Virus record (IMG/VR): IMGVR_UViG_3300048919_000048
Location: 87,944-151,943 of that record
Direction: 5' to 3' (one strand)
DNA: 64,000 nucleotides
Source of the DNA: a virus
The translations under genes were made by a program, and so were the position numbers. Shown piece after piece: positions 10,156 to 18,089 of the stretch. Below the pieces are notes generated by a model. That model was not told the DNA's origin. It saw nothing but the letters and a program-made list of their open reading frames with translations, and did not search any database. The stretch's first letter is position 1; each line of letters begins with the position of its first letter.

Positions 10156-10727
10156 TTGGCTTCCTCTTCTTCGAGTGAAATACTGAAGTCAAGTTGAGTC
10201 AGTTCGTTAGTCTCTTCGTTCAGCATTCCGCCGCACTGAAGTGACAGGCCACCGATAATTCCGGCCTTTTTCAACTCCCATGTTTCAGGGGTGTATTGAA
10301 CCTTCGCTACCCATGACCCAGCTTTAATTACTTCGCCTGTTTCAGCGACTGTGACGTCGAACTCTGGTTGAATCCAGTGGTCAACGATTTTCCAAGAGTC
10401 GGTATCAAAAAGGTGATACAGGTTCTCCGTGACAGCACCGAGTTCCTGAGCCTTTTTGAAATCCTGTTGGGCTTTTACCAAGGTATCCTTGGACATCCAT
10501 TGCCCGTGAAGGTCCGGGGTGTCAGGTTCATAAATGATCTCGTAAGAAACCATCTCCTCTGCACCTGCGGATTTCTGGACAAGGACGGAGCCAACGGCCC
10601 CGTCAATTGCAGCAGCTTTATTAAAACCCTGCGACAGAAGGTCGTTGGCCTTTTTCACAAACCGACTCTTTTGAATTCGAGTCAGAATAGCCTGTGAAGG
10701 AAGGTCGGAAAGGGTAATGTTTTCCAT
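10152..10727 (-). CDS. Prohead protease (XkdF-like)
   Basis: YEPDTPDLHG, NLYH, GSWV, GGLSL motifs; start at MENITL with GGAG RBS. Confidence 0.75.
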   Translation of the reverse strand: MENITLSDLPSQAILTRIQKSRFVKKANDLLSQGFNKAAAIDGAVGSVLVQKSAGAEEMVSYEIIYEPDTPDLHGQWMSKDTLVKAQQDFKKAQELGAVTENLYHLFDTDSWKIVDHWIQPEFDVTVAETGEVIKAGSWVAKVQYTPETWELKKAGIIGGLSLQCGGMLNEETNELTQLDFSISLEEEEAK

Positions 10728-10796
10728 CATTGCTCCCGTGATAATTATTTTAGCACTGAACTGACTGTTTTGCAACAGGTTGTTTTCACGACCGGA

Positions 10797-12320
10797 TTAA
10801 TTATCCAAATTAGCCGCTGAATTATCCCGTGCAGCAGAGATTTTACCAGTACCGTTACCGGAAGAACCCTTCGTCATGCCGTCCCCGGCGCGACTGGTAT
10901 CTTCTCCCAACAGCTTCATGAGTCCCTCTTGAGAAATGTCTTCCTCAATCTTCTCATCAATGCCCAGAACTTCAAGAACACGGTTGATAACCTTAGGAGT
11001 CTTCGGCAGGTAGCCAACGGCACCGATACGCTGAATCGCCTTAGAGAAACCTTCCATGTCTACGTCCACAATCTCCCCAGCCTTGACGTATGGCATCTCT
11101 GTCTCTGGGAGGCGGATGTCATTCAGGGCCAGCAGTTGTGGCAGCAGGTTTTCGTTCAGAGCTTCCAGAATGATCTCGTTTACACGCTGAACAAACTGGG
11201 TGTGGATGGTCTGTTTTGACTCAGACAGGTTGTAAGAACCGCCCTTGTCGTTACCCACGTTGATGAATCCAGCACCGAGGCGGTCAAGGATGGACTTCTT
11301 ACGGTCGCTAATCAACTGTGCGGTACTGTACTGCTTGCCCATCCCATCGATCCCTTTCAGGGTCATGGAATACTGAGGGGCGTTGTCCTTGGTGTCAGAA
11401 GGCAGCATGAAGAATGACTGCTCACCAGAGTGGGCGTTTGCAGCATCTTCCATCAGGCCACGAACCATCTCCGCTTCCGGGGAGGACGGGTCCATAGCCG
11501 CCTTGTTAAGGATCTGGGAAGGGATCTTCAATTCGATCACACCGCCCATGTCCTTGGTGGCACCAACGACTTCGAGGTTCTCAATCAGAATCTTTTCACG
11601 CCAGGCGCGGTAACATCCTACCAGGGGTGATACGCCGAGAGCTTGGGAGGAAGAACCACCCGTATTCATGAGCATCACACGGTTGATAGGGATGATTACG
11701 TCACTCATCCGGGTGGATGTACCACCAACGCCGATTTCGCTGGCTGTGTAGTTCTGGAAAGCCGACAGGGATTGTTTTACACCGACGATAGCAGAACCAT
11801 CTTCGTTATAGACAATCGGGTTTGTACGGCTCAGTGAAGCTTGTGGTCGGAAAGCAAGGTTTTTAATCTTGTACTTGCCGATGTATTCTCCAACTGTTAC
11901 CTGCGTGTAGACTTTCTCCACAACGGACAGGCCATACTCGTTGAATGTCGCAGCATCACGGGCGAACTGGCGGAGGGTCTGACCATCCATGTTCTTCAGG
12001 CAATACTCGACGAACTTAGCAGCCTTTTTGGACTCCTCAGATTCACCAGGGATTACCTTGAAGTCCTTGAACGCTTTTTCCACGAAAGTGTACAGCATGT
12101 CAAGGCCAGTCGCAACAGTCGCATCCTGCTTCATGGATTCAACTGTGCCGATCAGGTTAGGCCAGCGGATCTCTTCCGCCTTCATACGTTCTGAGTCAAC
12201 CTGAACCTTTGCCAAAGCAAAAGTCCCCTGCTCACTCATACGCATACGGGATACGTTGACCTGTTCGCTGGTGGCCTTAGCCACACGAACTTGGCGATTA
12301 CGATTACGTTTTCTTGACAC
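10797..12320 (-). CDS. Portal protein
   Basis: 507 aa directly after TerL; YGLSVVEKVY, GVSPL..CY..W..K, GSYNLSE motifs. Confidence 0.88.
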   Translation of the reverse strand: MSRKRNRNRQVRVAKATSEQVNVSRMRMSEQGTFALAKVQVDSERMKAEEIRWPNLIGTVESMKQDATVATGLDMLYTFVEKAFKDFKVIPGESEESKKAAKFVEYCLKNMDGQTLRQFARDAATFNEYGLSVVEKVYTQVTVGEYIGKYKIKNLAFRPQASLSRTNPIVYNEDGSAIVGVKQSLSAFQNYTASEIGVGGTSTRMSDVIIPINRVMLMNTGGSSSQALGVSPLVGCYRAWREKILIENLEVVGATKDMGGVIELKIPSQILNKAAMDPSSPEAEMVRGLMEDAANAHSGEQSFFMLPSDTKDNAPQYSMTLKGIDGMGKQYSTAQLISDRKKSILDRLGAGFINVGNDKGGSYNLSESKQTIHTQFVQRVNEIILEALNENLLPQLLALNDIRLPETEMPYVKAGEIVDVDMEGFSKAIQRIGAVGYLPKTPKVINRVLEVLGIDEKIEEDISQEGLMKLLGEDTSRAGDGMTKGSSGNGTGKISAARDNSAANLDN

Positions 12321-12338
12321 GGCATATCCCCTGTGGTA

Positions 12339-13826
12339 TTAATAACGTCGTGAAGCGTACAAAGTAGGGGCATTTGGTCGAGGAATAGCGACGGCGCGGA
12401 CAACCTCGGTCTTCTCCAGGAAGTTAATTCCTGATGCCACGGCATCCGCCCAGTCATCCTTACGGGACCCAGTAGAACGCTCACCGTTGAAAGCTTCAAG
12501 CTCTTTCATCAGGGCGATATACGTGTCCATCGGGAATGACTTTTTGACGATCCGGACAAATCCGTTTTGAGCCAATTGGGCGAACGGAGAGAAGCGGGTA
12601 AGCTTCGATTTGTTACCGGGCGTCGGGTCTTTTTCCACCAAGTACCCTTTGGAGATAAGATCTCTGGATGACGTTGTAAACTCAGAAATACCTGCTTGGC
12701 CCGGGTCAACGGAGAAGATGATGATTGTATCGTCACCATCAATGATCGCCTGTTTGGTGATCAGTACATCACGCTCGCCAGCCTTTTTACAAAAGCGGCC
12801 TGCGGTCCCGGTAGACCATTCACCGTCGTCGATGAAGTCTTCATGGTAATCTCCGAACAGGTAGTAAAACCCGTCGTCATCACGCGCCACACCGATCCCG
12901 GCAGTGAAGTCGGGGGTCTTGTTAGCTGTGGAGCGCTCCGTGCCTGCCTTATCGTAAGCACGTACTTTAGTGACGTTCAGTGGGAGGCAATCAACCTCTT
13001 TCAGGAACTCACGTTTGAAATAGTTTGCACCTTCCGGGCGGGCATCCCAGTTGCCGTGAAGCAGACGGGCGCGGTCAACGTCGTTCAGACCTTCCAACTG
13101 GGCAAGGTATTCCGGGTTGTTGATCAGCATCGGAGGGTTGTCGTAAATGGTGGAAGAGATGAAGCTGAAAGATACCGGGCGAGTTTTCTTGCCGTATCTC
13201 TCTTGGAGTTCTTCCTTGGTGGCACCCCAAATGTAGTTGTCGTCAATACGGACAAACCAGCGGATGACACCGTCACGCTCTGGGATCGGGAAGCCGTTCT
13301 CGTCCAGATACCAGTCAATCATTTCCCGGAGTTTGTGATCCGGGTCCGGGTTACAAGAGATAACCATGCGGGAAGGATATTTCGAGCCAGAACGCAAACG
13401 AGACATCATGTACTCAAGCTGTTCCCACTCAAACTGTGTTCCTTCGTCCACGCCGATGAAAGTAAATTCCAGACCCTGGATGTTGTACTTATCGTTGATA
13501 TGCTGCATGGACTGCCACTTCACCGTCGCCCCGTTAGGGAACGTCGCAATCATCTCGTTCTCTTTGAACTTCGGCTTGACGATTGGTGGAAGCTGGTTGT
13601 AAATATCTTTAGCCTTGTCGAACAGACCGCCCTGACCACGAATCTGAGGCACTGTACGGCGGAACATGATACATGCTGTACGAGGATCGTCTACGATCAG
13701 GAGCGGCATCAACTGGAGCAGGTAAGACTTACCTGAACCTGCTGCACCACCCATGACGAGGATCTGGGCCTTGGATTCGAGAACCATCTGTTGCTTACGG
13801 CTCGCAGGTGCGAACGTAGCTGACAT
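12339..13826 (-). CDS. terL: Terminase large subunit
   Basis: Walker A GGAAGSGKS, Walker B GVDE, SCNP coupling motif, RAYDKA and DDWADA nuclease motifs. Confidence 0.95.
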   Translation of the reverse strand: MSATFAPASRKQQMVLESKAQILVMGGAAGSGKSYLLQLMPLLIVDDPRTACIMFRRTVPQIRGQGGLFDKAKDIYNQLPPIVKPKFKENEMIATFPNGATVKWQSMQHINDKYNIQGLEFTFIGVDEGTQFEWEQLEYMMSRLRSGSKYPSRMVISCNPDPDHKLREMIDWYLDENGFPIPERDGVIRWFVRIDDNYIWGATKEELQERYGKKTRPVSFSFISSTIYDNPPMLINNPEYLAQLEGLNDVDRARLLHGNWDARPEGANYFKREFLKEVDCLPLNVTKVRAYDKAGTERSTANKTPDFTAGIGVARDDDGFYYLFGDYHEDFIDDGEWSTGTAGRFCKKAGERDVLITKQAIIDGDDTIIIFSVDPGQAGISEFTTSSRDLISKGYLVEKDPTPGNKSKLTRFSPFAQLAQNGFVRIVKKSFPMDTYIALMKELEAFNGERSTGSRKDDWADAVASGINFLEKTEVVRAVAIPRPNAPTLYASRRY

Positions 13827-13893
13827 AATTCTCCTGAAATAAATGTTGACAACTAATGCAATATGGGTATATTACCATAATACGGCCCAAAAG

Positions 13894-13924
13894 AAAAGGC
13901 CCTCCACGTATGGAGAGCCTTTTG
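13894..13924. terminator. Bidirectional terminator after spanins
   Basis: AAAAGGCCCTCCA-cgta-TGGAGAGCCTTTT. Confidence 0.75.
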
Positions 13925-13930
13925 GCACAA

Positions 13931-14245
13931 TCACTTACCCTTGTCGCAGACTTCCCCAACCGAATCGTGGAAGAGGTTGCAGACGTATTGCTGGAGGTCT
14001 TCGAACCTGCGTTCTATTGTCCCTGCACGTAAGTTGTTGTTACTAACCACAACTCCGGCCTCACCGTTGTCAGCACCCCTCTTCAGGTACTGCTTTGGCG
14101 GCGACTTACGCATTAGCTCTCTGTCCGGCTTTGCTGCAAGGTCTTCTATCGTGGTGCCCTTGAAGGCAACCTCTGGGATTCTGTCTTTATTGCTACATCC
14201 TGATAGTGCCAGAACCATGAACATTCCGAGAATAAACTTCCTCAT
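13931..14245 (-). CDS. o-spanin (lipoprotein)
   Basis: Lipobox LALSGC, C-terminal LQQYVC, overlaps stop of upstream membrane/coiled-coil gene. Confidence 0.8.
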   Translation of the reverse strand: MRKFILGMFMVLALSGCSNKDRIPEVAFKGTTIEDLAAKPDRELMRKSPPKQYLKRGADNGEAGVVVSNNNLRAGTIERRFEDLQQYVCNLFHDSVGEVCDKGK

Positions 14246-14616
14246 CAGTCCCCCAAGGATTCATTGTACAGGTCGATAAAGTCATCATCCAGCCCTTTCT
14301 TCCGGGCGGCTTCAGTCTTGTTGTATTCGATCTGCTTGTGAGTTACATCCTGGGTACGCTTCTCTTCAAGCTTGCGCTTCTCTTCAGATACCCGGGCCAG
14401 TTGTTCGTTAAGAGACACGTTCTCGGCCTTACCTTTGTCGATAAGGTCAACGTACTCCTTCCCTTTCTTCTCCCACTGGACATTAGCAGACTGGAACCCA
14501 CGGTCATATGCCGCAGACTCCTTCGTACCGACGTACCAGTTGAAGGAGAAGATCAGTGCGATCGCCACTGCAATGCCGATCAGATACTTCTTGTATTTCA
14601 GAATAAATGCGTTCAT
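14245..14616 (-). CDS. i-spanin
   Basis: N-terminal TM (LIGIAVAIALIFSF) plus coiled coil; start at MNAFILK with GAGG RBS. Confidence 0.8.
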   Translation of the reverse strand: MNAFILKYKKYLIGIAVAIALIFSFNWYVGTKESAAYDRGFQSANVQWEKKGKEYVDLIDKGKAENVSLNEQLARVSEEKRKLEEKRTQDVTHKQIEYNKTEAARKKGLDDDFIDLYNESLGD

Positions 14617-14725
14617 ACTTCCCTCCTCTGAGTAGTTTATCACCGTTTGCACAAATAAAAAAGCCCTCCACGAAGGGAGGGCACTGAGGCGAAGGAGAGG
14701 AGATATTTCTGTTATTATAAGAATG

Positions 14726-14801
14726 TGGTGGAACTGAACGGATTTGAACCGCCGACGCGATGCTCTTCAGGCAACCGCTCTACCAACTGAGCTACAGTTC
14801 C
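14726..14801 (-). tRNA. tRNA-Phe(GAA)
   Basis: Cloverleaf, loop CTGAAGA, encoded CCA. Confidence 0.93.
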
Positions 14802-14803
14802 AA

Positions 14804-14892
14804 AATAATCAGGGACTTGCGTTACTCCAGTATCGGAATCCACATTGAGTACGCCTACTCAACCCTACTCACATTCAACCGGAGCCTGATTA
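14804..14892 (-). ncRNA. Putative structured ncRNA between tRNAs
   Basis: ATAATCAGG/CCTGATTAT closing stem, CTCC/GGAG, TTGAGTA-cgcc-TACTCAA hairpin. Confidence 0.45.
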
Positions 14893-14898
14893 TCTATT

Positions 14899-14985
14899 TG
14901 GCAGAAGAGGAGAGACTTGAACTCTCAGGCCCCTAGGGACCCCGGATTAGCAGTCCGGTGCGGCTACCAATTTCGCCACTCTTCT
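14899..14985 (-). tRNA. tRNA-Ser(GCT)
   Basis: CCGGA-CTGCTAA-TCCGG, long variable arm, G73-CCA. Confidence 0.93.
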
Positions 14986-14989
14986 AAAT

Positions 14990-15082
14990 TGGCGGAAGAT
15001 AATAGAGTCGAACTATCACCGTGGGGTCGCCACAGCGGGCCGGGGTTCAAATCCGGGTGCGTACCACTACGCCCTATCTTCC
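14990..15082 (-). tRNA. tRNA-Ser(TGA)
   Basis: Loop TTTGAAC, long variable arm, G73-CCA. Confidence 0.9.
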
Positions 15083-15083
15083 A

Positions 15084-15746
15084 TTATTTGATAGAAATCC
15101 AAGCCGTTTTAGTGTTTGTCGGGTAGGTTGAATTTCTGAAAAGTGTAAGAGGTGCTGCGCCAGCTCCACCTTGTGCGTTAACAAAGGCTGAAAGTTGGGC
15201 ATCACTGACGGGCTGGAAAAACACTTCAACTCCGTCCAAGGAAAGATGGATTCCATCGCTTCCCATATAATAAGAGATAAGATGCCAACCCGTCTTTACG
15301 TTTTCCGTCCCGGACATCGGGTTTGCTTGACCATTCCAGCCATAGAAGCAAACCCTTAATTGATCACTTACCAACTTTAGCCCGAAAGACCAATAGTTTA
15401 TACCGGAATTCTGAACCATGAATCCGATCAGGGTGGGGTGGATCTGGTTAGGATAAACATCATTCACCCTATCAACATAAACCATGGCGTCTACCCTTGC
15501 CCCTCTTCGAAAGGCAGATAAGTTTGACCCGTAGTTGTACGAGATGTATCCGTTATTTGATTGAATAACATCGTTACCACCAAACAATGTCTTTGTTACA
15601 CCAGAATAACCTGTTGGAGACCTATTACCAGACAAATCGGGATTCATGCCATTCTGAGCCGAGGCCAAGAACAAGCAAGTCGATGGATCTGGCGGTGGAA
15701 GATACACGCCCGCCGGGCGACCACCAACCATTAGAATTTCGTTCAT
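15084..15746 (-). CDS. LamG/ConA-like lectin-fold protein inserted in tRNA array
   Basis: Start MNEILMV (GAGG RBS); YWSFGL and TGWHLISYY.....HLSLDG match the concanavalin/LamG pattern. Confidence 0.65.
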   Translation of the reverse strand: MNEILMVGGRPAGVYLPPPDPSTCLFLASAQNGMNPDLSGNRSPTGYSGVTKTLFGGNDVIQSNNGYISYNYGSNLSAFRRGARVDAMVYVDRVNDVYPNQIHPTLIGFMVQNSGINYWSFGLKLVSDQLRVCFYGWNGQANPMSGTENVKTGWHLISYYMGSDGIHLSLDGVEVFFQPVSDAQLSAFVNAQGGAGAAPLTLFRNSTYPTNTKTAWISIK

Positions 15747-15759
15747 ACACACCTCGAAT

Positions 15760-15835
15760 TGGGGTGACCTGTGGGACTTGAACCCACGACTGCCCGGTTC
15801 ACAACCGGGGATTCTACCTGCTGAATTAAGGCCAC
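15760..15835 (-). tRNA. tRNA-His(GTG)
   Basis: CCCGG-TTGTGAA-CCGGG, C73-CCA. Confidence 0.93.
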
Positions 15836-15840
15836 ATTTC

Positions 15841-15900
15841 AGTGCTCTCCTGTTGAAGCCATCACAGCGTTGCTGATCCATCATTCAACCCAAAAGCACT
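15841..15900 (-). ncRNA. Putative small structured RNA
   Basis: Nested stems AGTGCT/AGCACT and GTTGAA/TTCAAC. Confidence 0.4.
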
Positions 15901-15906
15901 CAAAAA

Positions 15907-15982
15907 TGGCGGGGGATGGAGGATTCGAACCTCGCGTTAGCGGGATCAAAACCCGCTGTTTTGCCAATTAAACTAATCCCCT
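15907..15982 (-). tRNA. tRNA-Gln(TTG)
   Basis: GCGGG-TTTTGAT-CCCGC, G73-CCA, A1-C72 mismatch. Confidence 0.9.
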
Positions 15983-16022
15983 ACGCTGGGTGAGATAACC
16001 CGATCACCACGGGCAATAAAAT

Positions 16023-16096
16023 TGGAGCGGACATCCGGGATCGAACCGGACTCATTAGCTTGGAAGGCTAAGGCACAACCACTATACCATGCCCGC
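16023..16096 (-). tRNA. tRNA-Gly(TCC)
   Basis: TTAGC-CTTCCAA-GCTAA, U73-CCA. Confidence 0.93.
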
Positions 16097-16102
16097 TTTA
16101 TG

Positions 16103-16180
16103 TGGTACTCCAGGAGAGATTCGAACTCATCACTGACATGATCCTAAATCAAGTGCCTCTACCAATTGGGCTACTGGAGC
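16103..16180 (-). tRNA. tRNA-Leu(TAG), short variable arm
   Basis: Loop TTTAGGA, A73-CCA, 78 nt. Confidence 0.85.
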
Positions 16181-16185
16181 GAAGA

Positions 16186-16260
16186 TGGATGCGGGGGTCG
16201 GATTCGAACCGACGACATGAGGCGTATGAGACCTCCGCGCTACCGCTGGGCCACCCCGCA
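16186..16260 (-). tRNA. tRNA-Met/Ile2(CAT)
   Basis: GAGGT-CTCATAC-GCCTC; lacks initiator hallmarks; atypical U73. Confidence 0.8.
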
Positions 16261-16266
16261 ATAATT

Positions 16267-16343
16267 TGGTCGGTGTACGAGGACTCGAACCTCGGACCTA
16301 ATGCTCCCAAAGCAATCGCTCTACCAAACTGAGCTACACACCG
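16267..16343 (-). tRNA. tRNA-Pro(TGG)
   Basis: Loop TTTGGGA, C1-G72, A73-CCA. Confidence 0.93.
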
Positions 16344-16347
16344 TGTA

Positions 16348-16423
16348 TGGTTGGAGATGGTGGTTTCGAACCACCGACCTGACCCTTATCAAGAGCCTGC
16401 TCTACCAACTGAGCTAATCCCCA
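16348..16423 (-). tRNA. tRNA-Ile(GAT)
   Basis: Loop TTGATAA, CCA end. Confidence 0.92.
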
Positions 16424-16427
16424 AAAG

Positions 16428-16503
16428 TGGCGGTCCTAACGGGATTCGAACCCGCGACTCTCCCGTGACAGGGGAGTATGTTTACCGCTAATACCATAGG
16501 ACC
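16428..16503 (-). tRNA. tRNA-Asp(GTC)
   Basis: CTCCC-CTGTCAC-GGGAG, G73-CCA. Confidence 0.93.
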
Positions 16504-16509
16504 TGAATT

Positions 16510-16616
16510 TGGTTTTGAGATGAGAGTCCGAGTCTTGTACAGCCTTACCCGTTGTCAATTGGCAGCTATCGCGCGATTCGCACTTCCGACACGGGATTTA
16601 ACTGTTACACCTCAAA
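16510..16616 (-). ncRNA. CCA-terminated tRNA-like RNA without anticodon arm
   Basis: 9-bp terminal stem TTTGAGGTG/CATCTCAAA + ACCA; internal ACAGTT/GGCTGT and CCCGT/ACGGG stems. Confidence 0.6.
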
Positions 16617-16618
16617 GA

Positions 16619-16700
16619 TGGCAGGAAGGTGAGGAGTCGAACCCCCGGAGCCGGGGTTGGAACCCGGTGGAGTTCCACAACCCCATTAATCTACCAACCT
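16619..16700 (-). tRNA. tRNA-Trp(CCA), non-canonical D arm
   Basis: CCGGG-TTCCAAC-CCCGG, TTCGA T loop, G73-CCA; two U-U acceptor mismatches. Confidence 0.75.
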
Positions 16701-16706
16701 AAAAAC

Positions 16707-16784
16707 TGGTACACCCAACGGGACTCGAACCCGTATTTGCCGACGTGAAAGGTCGGTGTCCTATTCCAATTAGACGATAGGTGC
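16707..16784 (-). tRNA. tRNA-Glu(TTC)
   Basis: CCGAC-CTTTCAC-GTCGG, CCA end. Confidence 0.93.
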
Positions 16785-16834
16785 TTTTAACGAATAGCCA
16801 TCGAAATGACTATTGATTAATTACACATATTGTT

Positions 16835-16910
16835 TGGCTGACGGTACTGGATTCGAACCAGTTATCCTGGGCTTAACAGGCCCCCGCATGTCCATATATG
16901 CTCACCGTCA
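16835..16910 (-). tRNA. tRNA-Asn(GTT)
   Basis: Loop CTGTTAA, G73-CCA. Confidence 0.9.
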
Positions 16911-16916
16911 ATAATA

Positions 16917-17077
16917 GGGTGCGCCCCTTCCGGTGTGATTACGCAGTTATCGTCGAGGGAACTCGTAAACAGGGACCTTCAGTTGGACGACTTGCGGTTA
17001 GCTAATCCGCTTCCTTTCTTTACCGTGGGCCGCAGGGAATGCAAGCATTTTACCTGAAGATATTTCCACGGTTTACC
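16917..17077 (-). ncRNA. Putative pseudoknotted ncRNA in 3' trailer of tRNA-Lys
   Basis: Several crossing complementary segments (see findings); no ORF. Confidence 0.5.
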
Positions 17078-17154
17078 TGGTGGACCGTCAGGGACTCGAA
17101 CCCCGAACCTCGGGATTAAAAGTCCCTTGCTCTAACCAATTGAGCTAACGATCC
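17078..17154 (-). tRNA. tRNA-Lys(TTT)
   Basis: Loop CTTTTAA, A73-CCA. Confidence 0.93.
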
Positions 17155-17158
17155 GATC

Positions 17159-17253
17159 TGGCAGTAGGAGGGAGATTTGAACTCCCGGGACCAGGGGCTA
17201 CCTGATCCGACACCTTTCCAAGATGCTGCTTTAAGCCACTCAGCCATCCTACT
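17159..17253 (-). tRNA. tRNA-Ser(GGA)
   Basis: Loop TTGGAAA, long variable arm, G73-CCA. Confidence 0.92.
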
Positions 17254-17259
17254 AAAATT

Positions 17260-17347
17260 TGGTGGGGAGTGATGGAGTCGAACCACCCGAGTCGCAATGA
17301 CAACAGATTTACAGTCTGCACCGCTACCTCTACGGAAATAACTCCCC
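17260..17347 (-). tRNA. tRNA-Tyr(GTA)
   Basis: GCAGA-CTGTAAA-TCTGT, long variable arm. Confidence 0.93.
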
Positions 17348-17351
17348 GAAA

Positions 17352-17481
17352 TTCTCTTTTGTTCGGCTCACCTGATATCCATGAGGCTGCGCTACCTCAT
17401 ATAGACCTTATTCGCTGGACCGCCCCGTTGTACACCGTGACTATCTTGCGAGTTCGTTAACAGATGCCCGACAGAAGAGAA
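17352..17481 (-). ncRNA. Putative rod-like ncRNA (~130 nt)
   Basis: Closing stem TTCTCTTCTGT/ACAAAAGAGAA, CGG/CCG, CATCTG/CAGGTG, internal ATGAGG/CCTCAT hairpin. Confidence 0.5.
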
Positions 17482-17514
17482 CTTTAATAAAGGCCCCTAA
17501 TGAGGGCCTTTCAA

Positions 17515-17889
17515 TTACTCATCTTCCCCTACCACTTTATACTCACGAATTTCGGTTGTCAATGGCATAACCGCTTTTAGTTCATCAGATGAACCTGAGT
17601 GAGTCTGGGAGGAGGCAGATGTTGTGCCGCCTGCTGCGTCGTCTTCGTTATCCTCTTCAGTGTAGAGGTTGTTAACCTCTTTCGCCTGCTCAAGGATATA
17701 CTTCGCCGTCGTTTCTTTCACCTTCTCTGTGCCGGAGGTCAGAAGACCTTCGAGAGTGGAGATAGCTTTCGGCGTCAGACGGGCTAATTCGCCTCGGAGA
17801 TTAATCATTGCCTTTTCAAGGGCAATGGCTGTACTCTCCTCTTTGCTTGGGCGACCACGCTTACGAGTTACAATCGCAGCCTTGCTCAT
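17515..17889 (-). CDS. Candidate terminase small subunit / DNA-binding protein
   Basis: RKRGRPSK AT-hook-like motif and PKAISTLEGLL...EKVKETTAKYILE helical pattern; own promoter (17916-17944) and hairpin (17489-17511). Confidence 0.45.
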   Translation of the reverse strand: MSKAAIVTRKRGRPSKEESTAIALEKAMINLRGELARLTPKAISTLEGLLTSGTEKVKETTAKYILEQAKEVNNLYTEEDNEDDAAGGTTSASSQTHSGSSDELKAVMPLTTEIREYKVVGEDE

Positions 17890-17960
17890 AATGCCCCCAT
17901 TGAGTTAGTGTATTCATCTTAGCAGTATAATTACACTATGTCAATAGGTTACATGAAAAT

Positions 17961-18083
17961 TGGCAGCGACTCCAGGATTCGAACCCGAACAGCCCGGCGA
18001 TCAACCCGGGAGCGAAGTACCCTATTGGATAGATGGTCTACTCATGCCTGAGCGATTCCCATTTCTCCTCAACCTCAGTCGCC
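17961..18083 (-). ncRNA. tRNA-like RNA with greatly expanded D region
   Basis: Acceptor GGCGACT/AGTCGCT + G-CCA, canonical TTCGAAT T loop, CCCGG/CCGGG stem with 8-nt loop, ~65-nt insert in place of D arm. Confidence 0.65.
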
Positions 18084-18089
18084 AATGTG

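Noticed and set aside
3933-13736. Long plus-strand ORFs opposite structural genes (also e.g. 41999-43144 opposite nrdA)
   Set aside because: Shadow ORFs from codon bias and collagen repeats; no RBS or motifs.
15747-15884. N-terminal extension of ORF 15084..15884 and ORFs across 16102-18534
   Set aside because: Overlap tRNA genes; true start is 15746.
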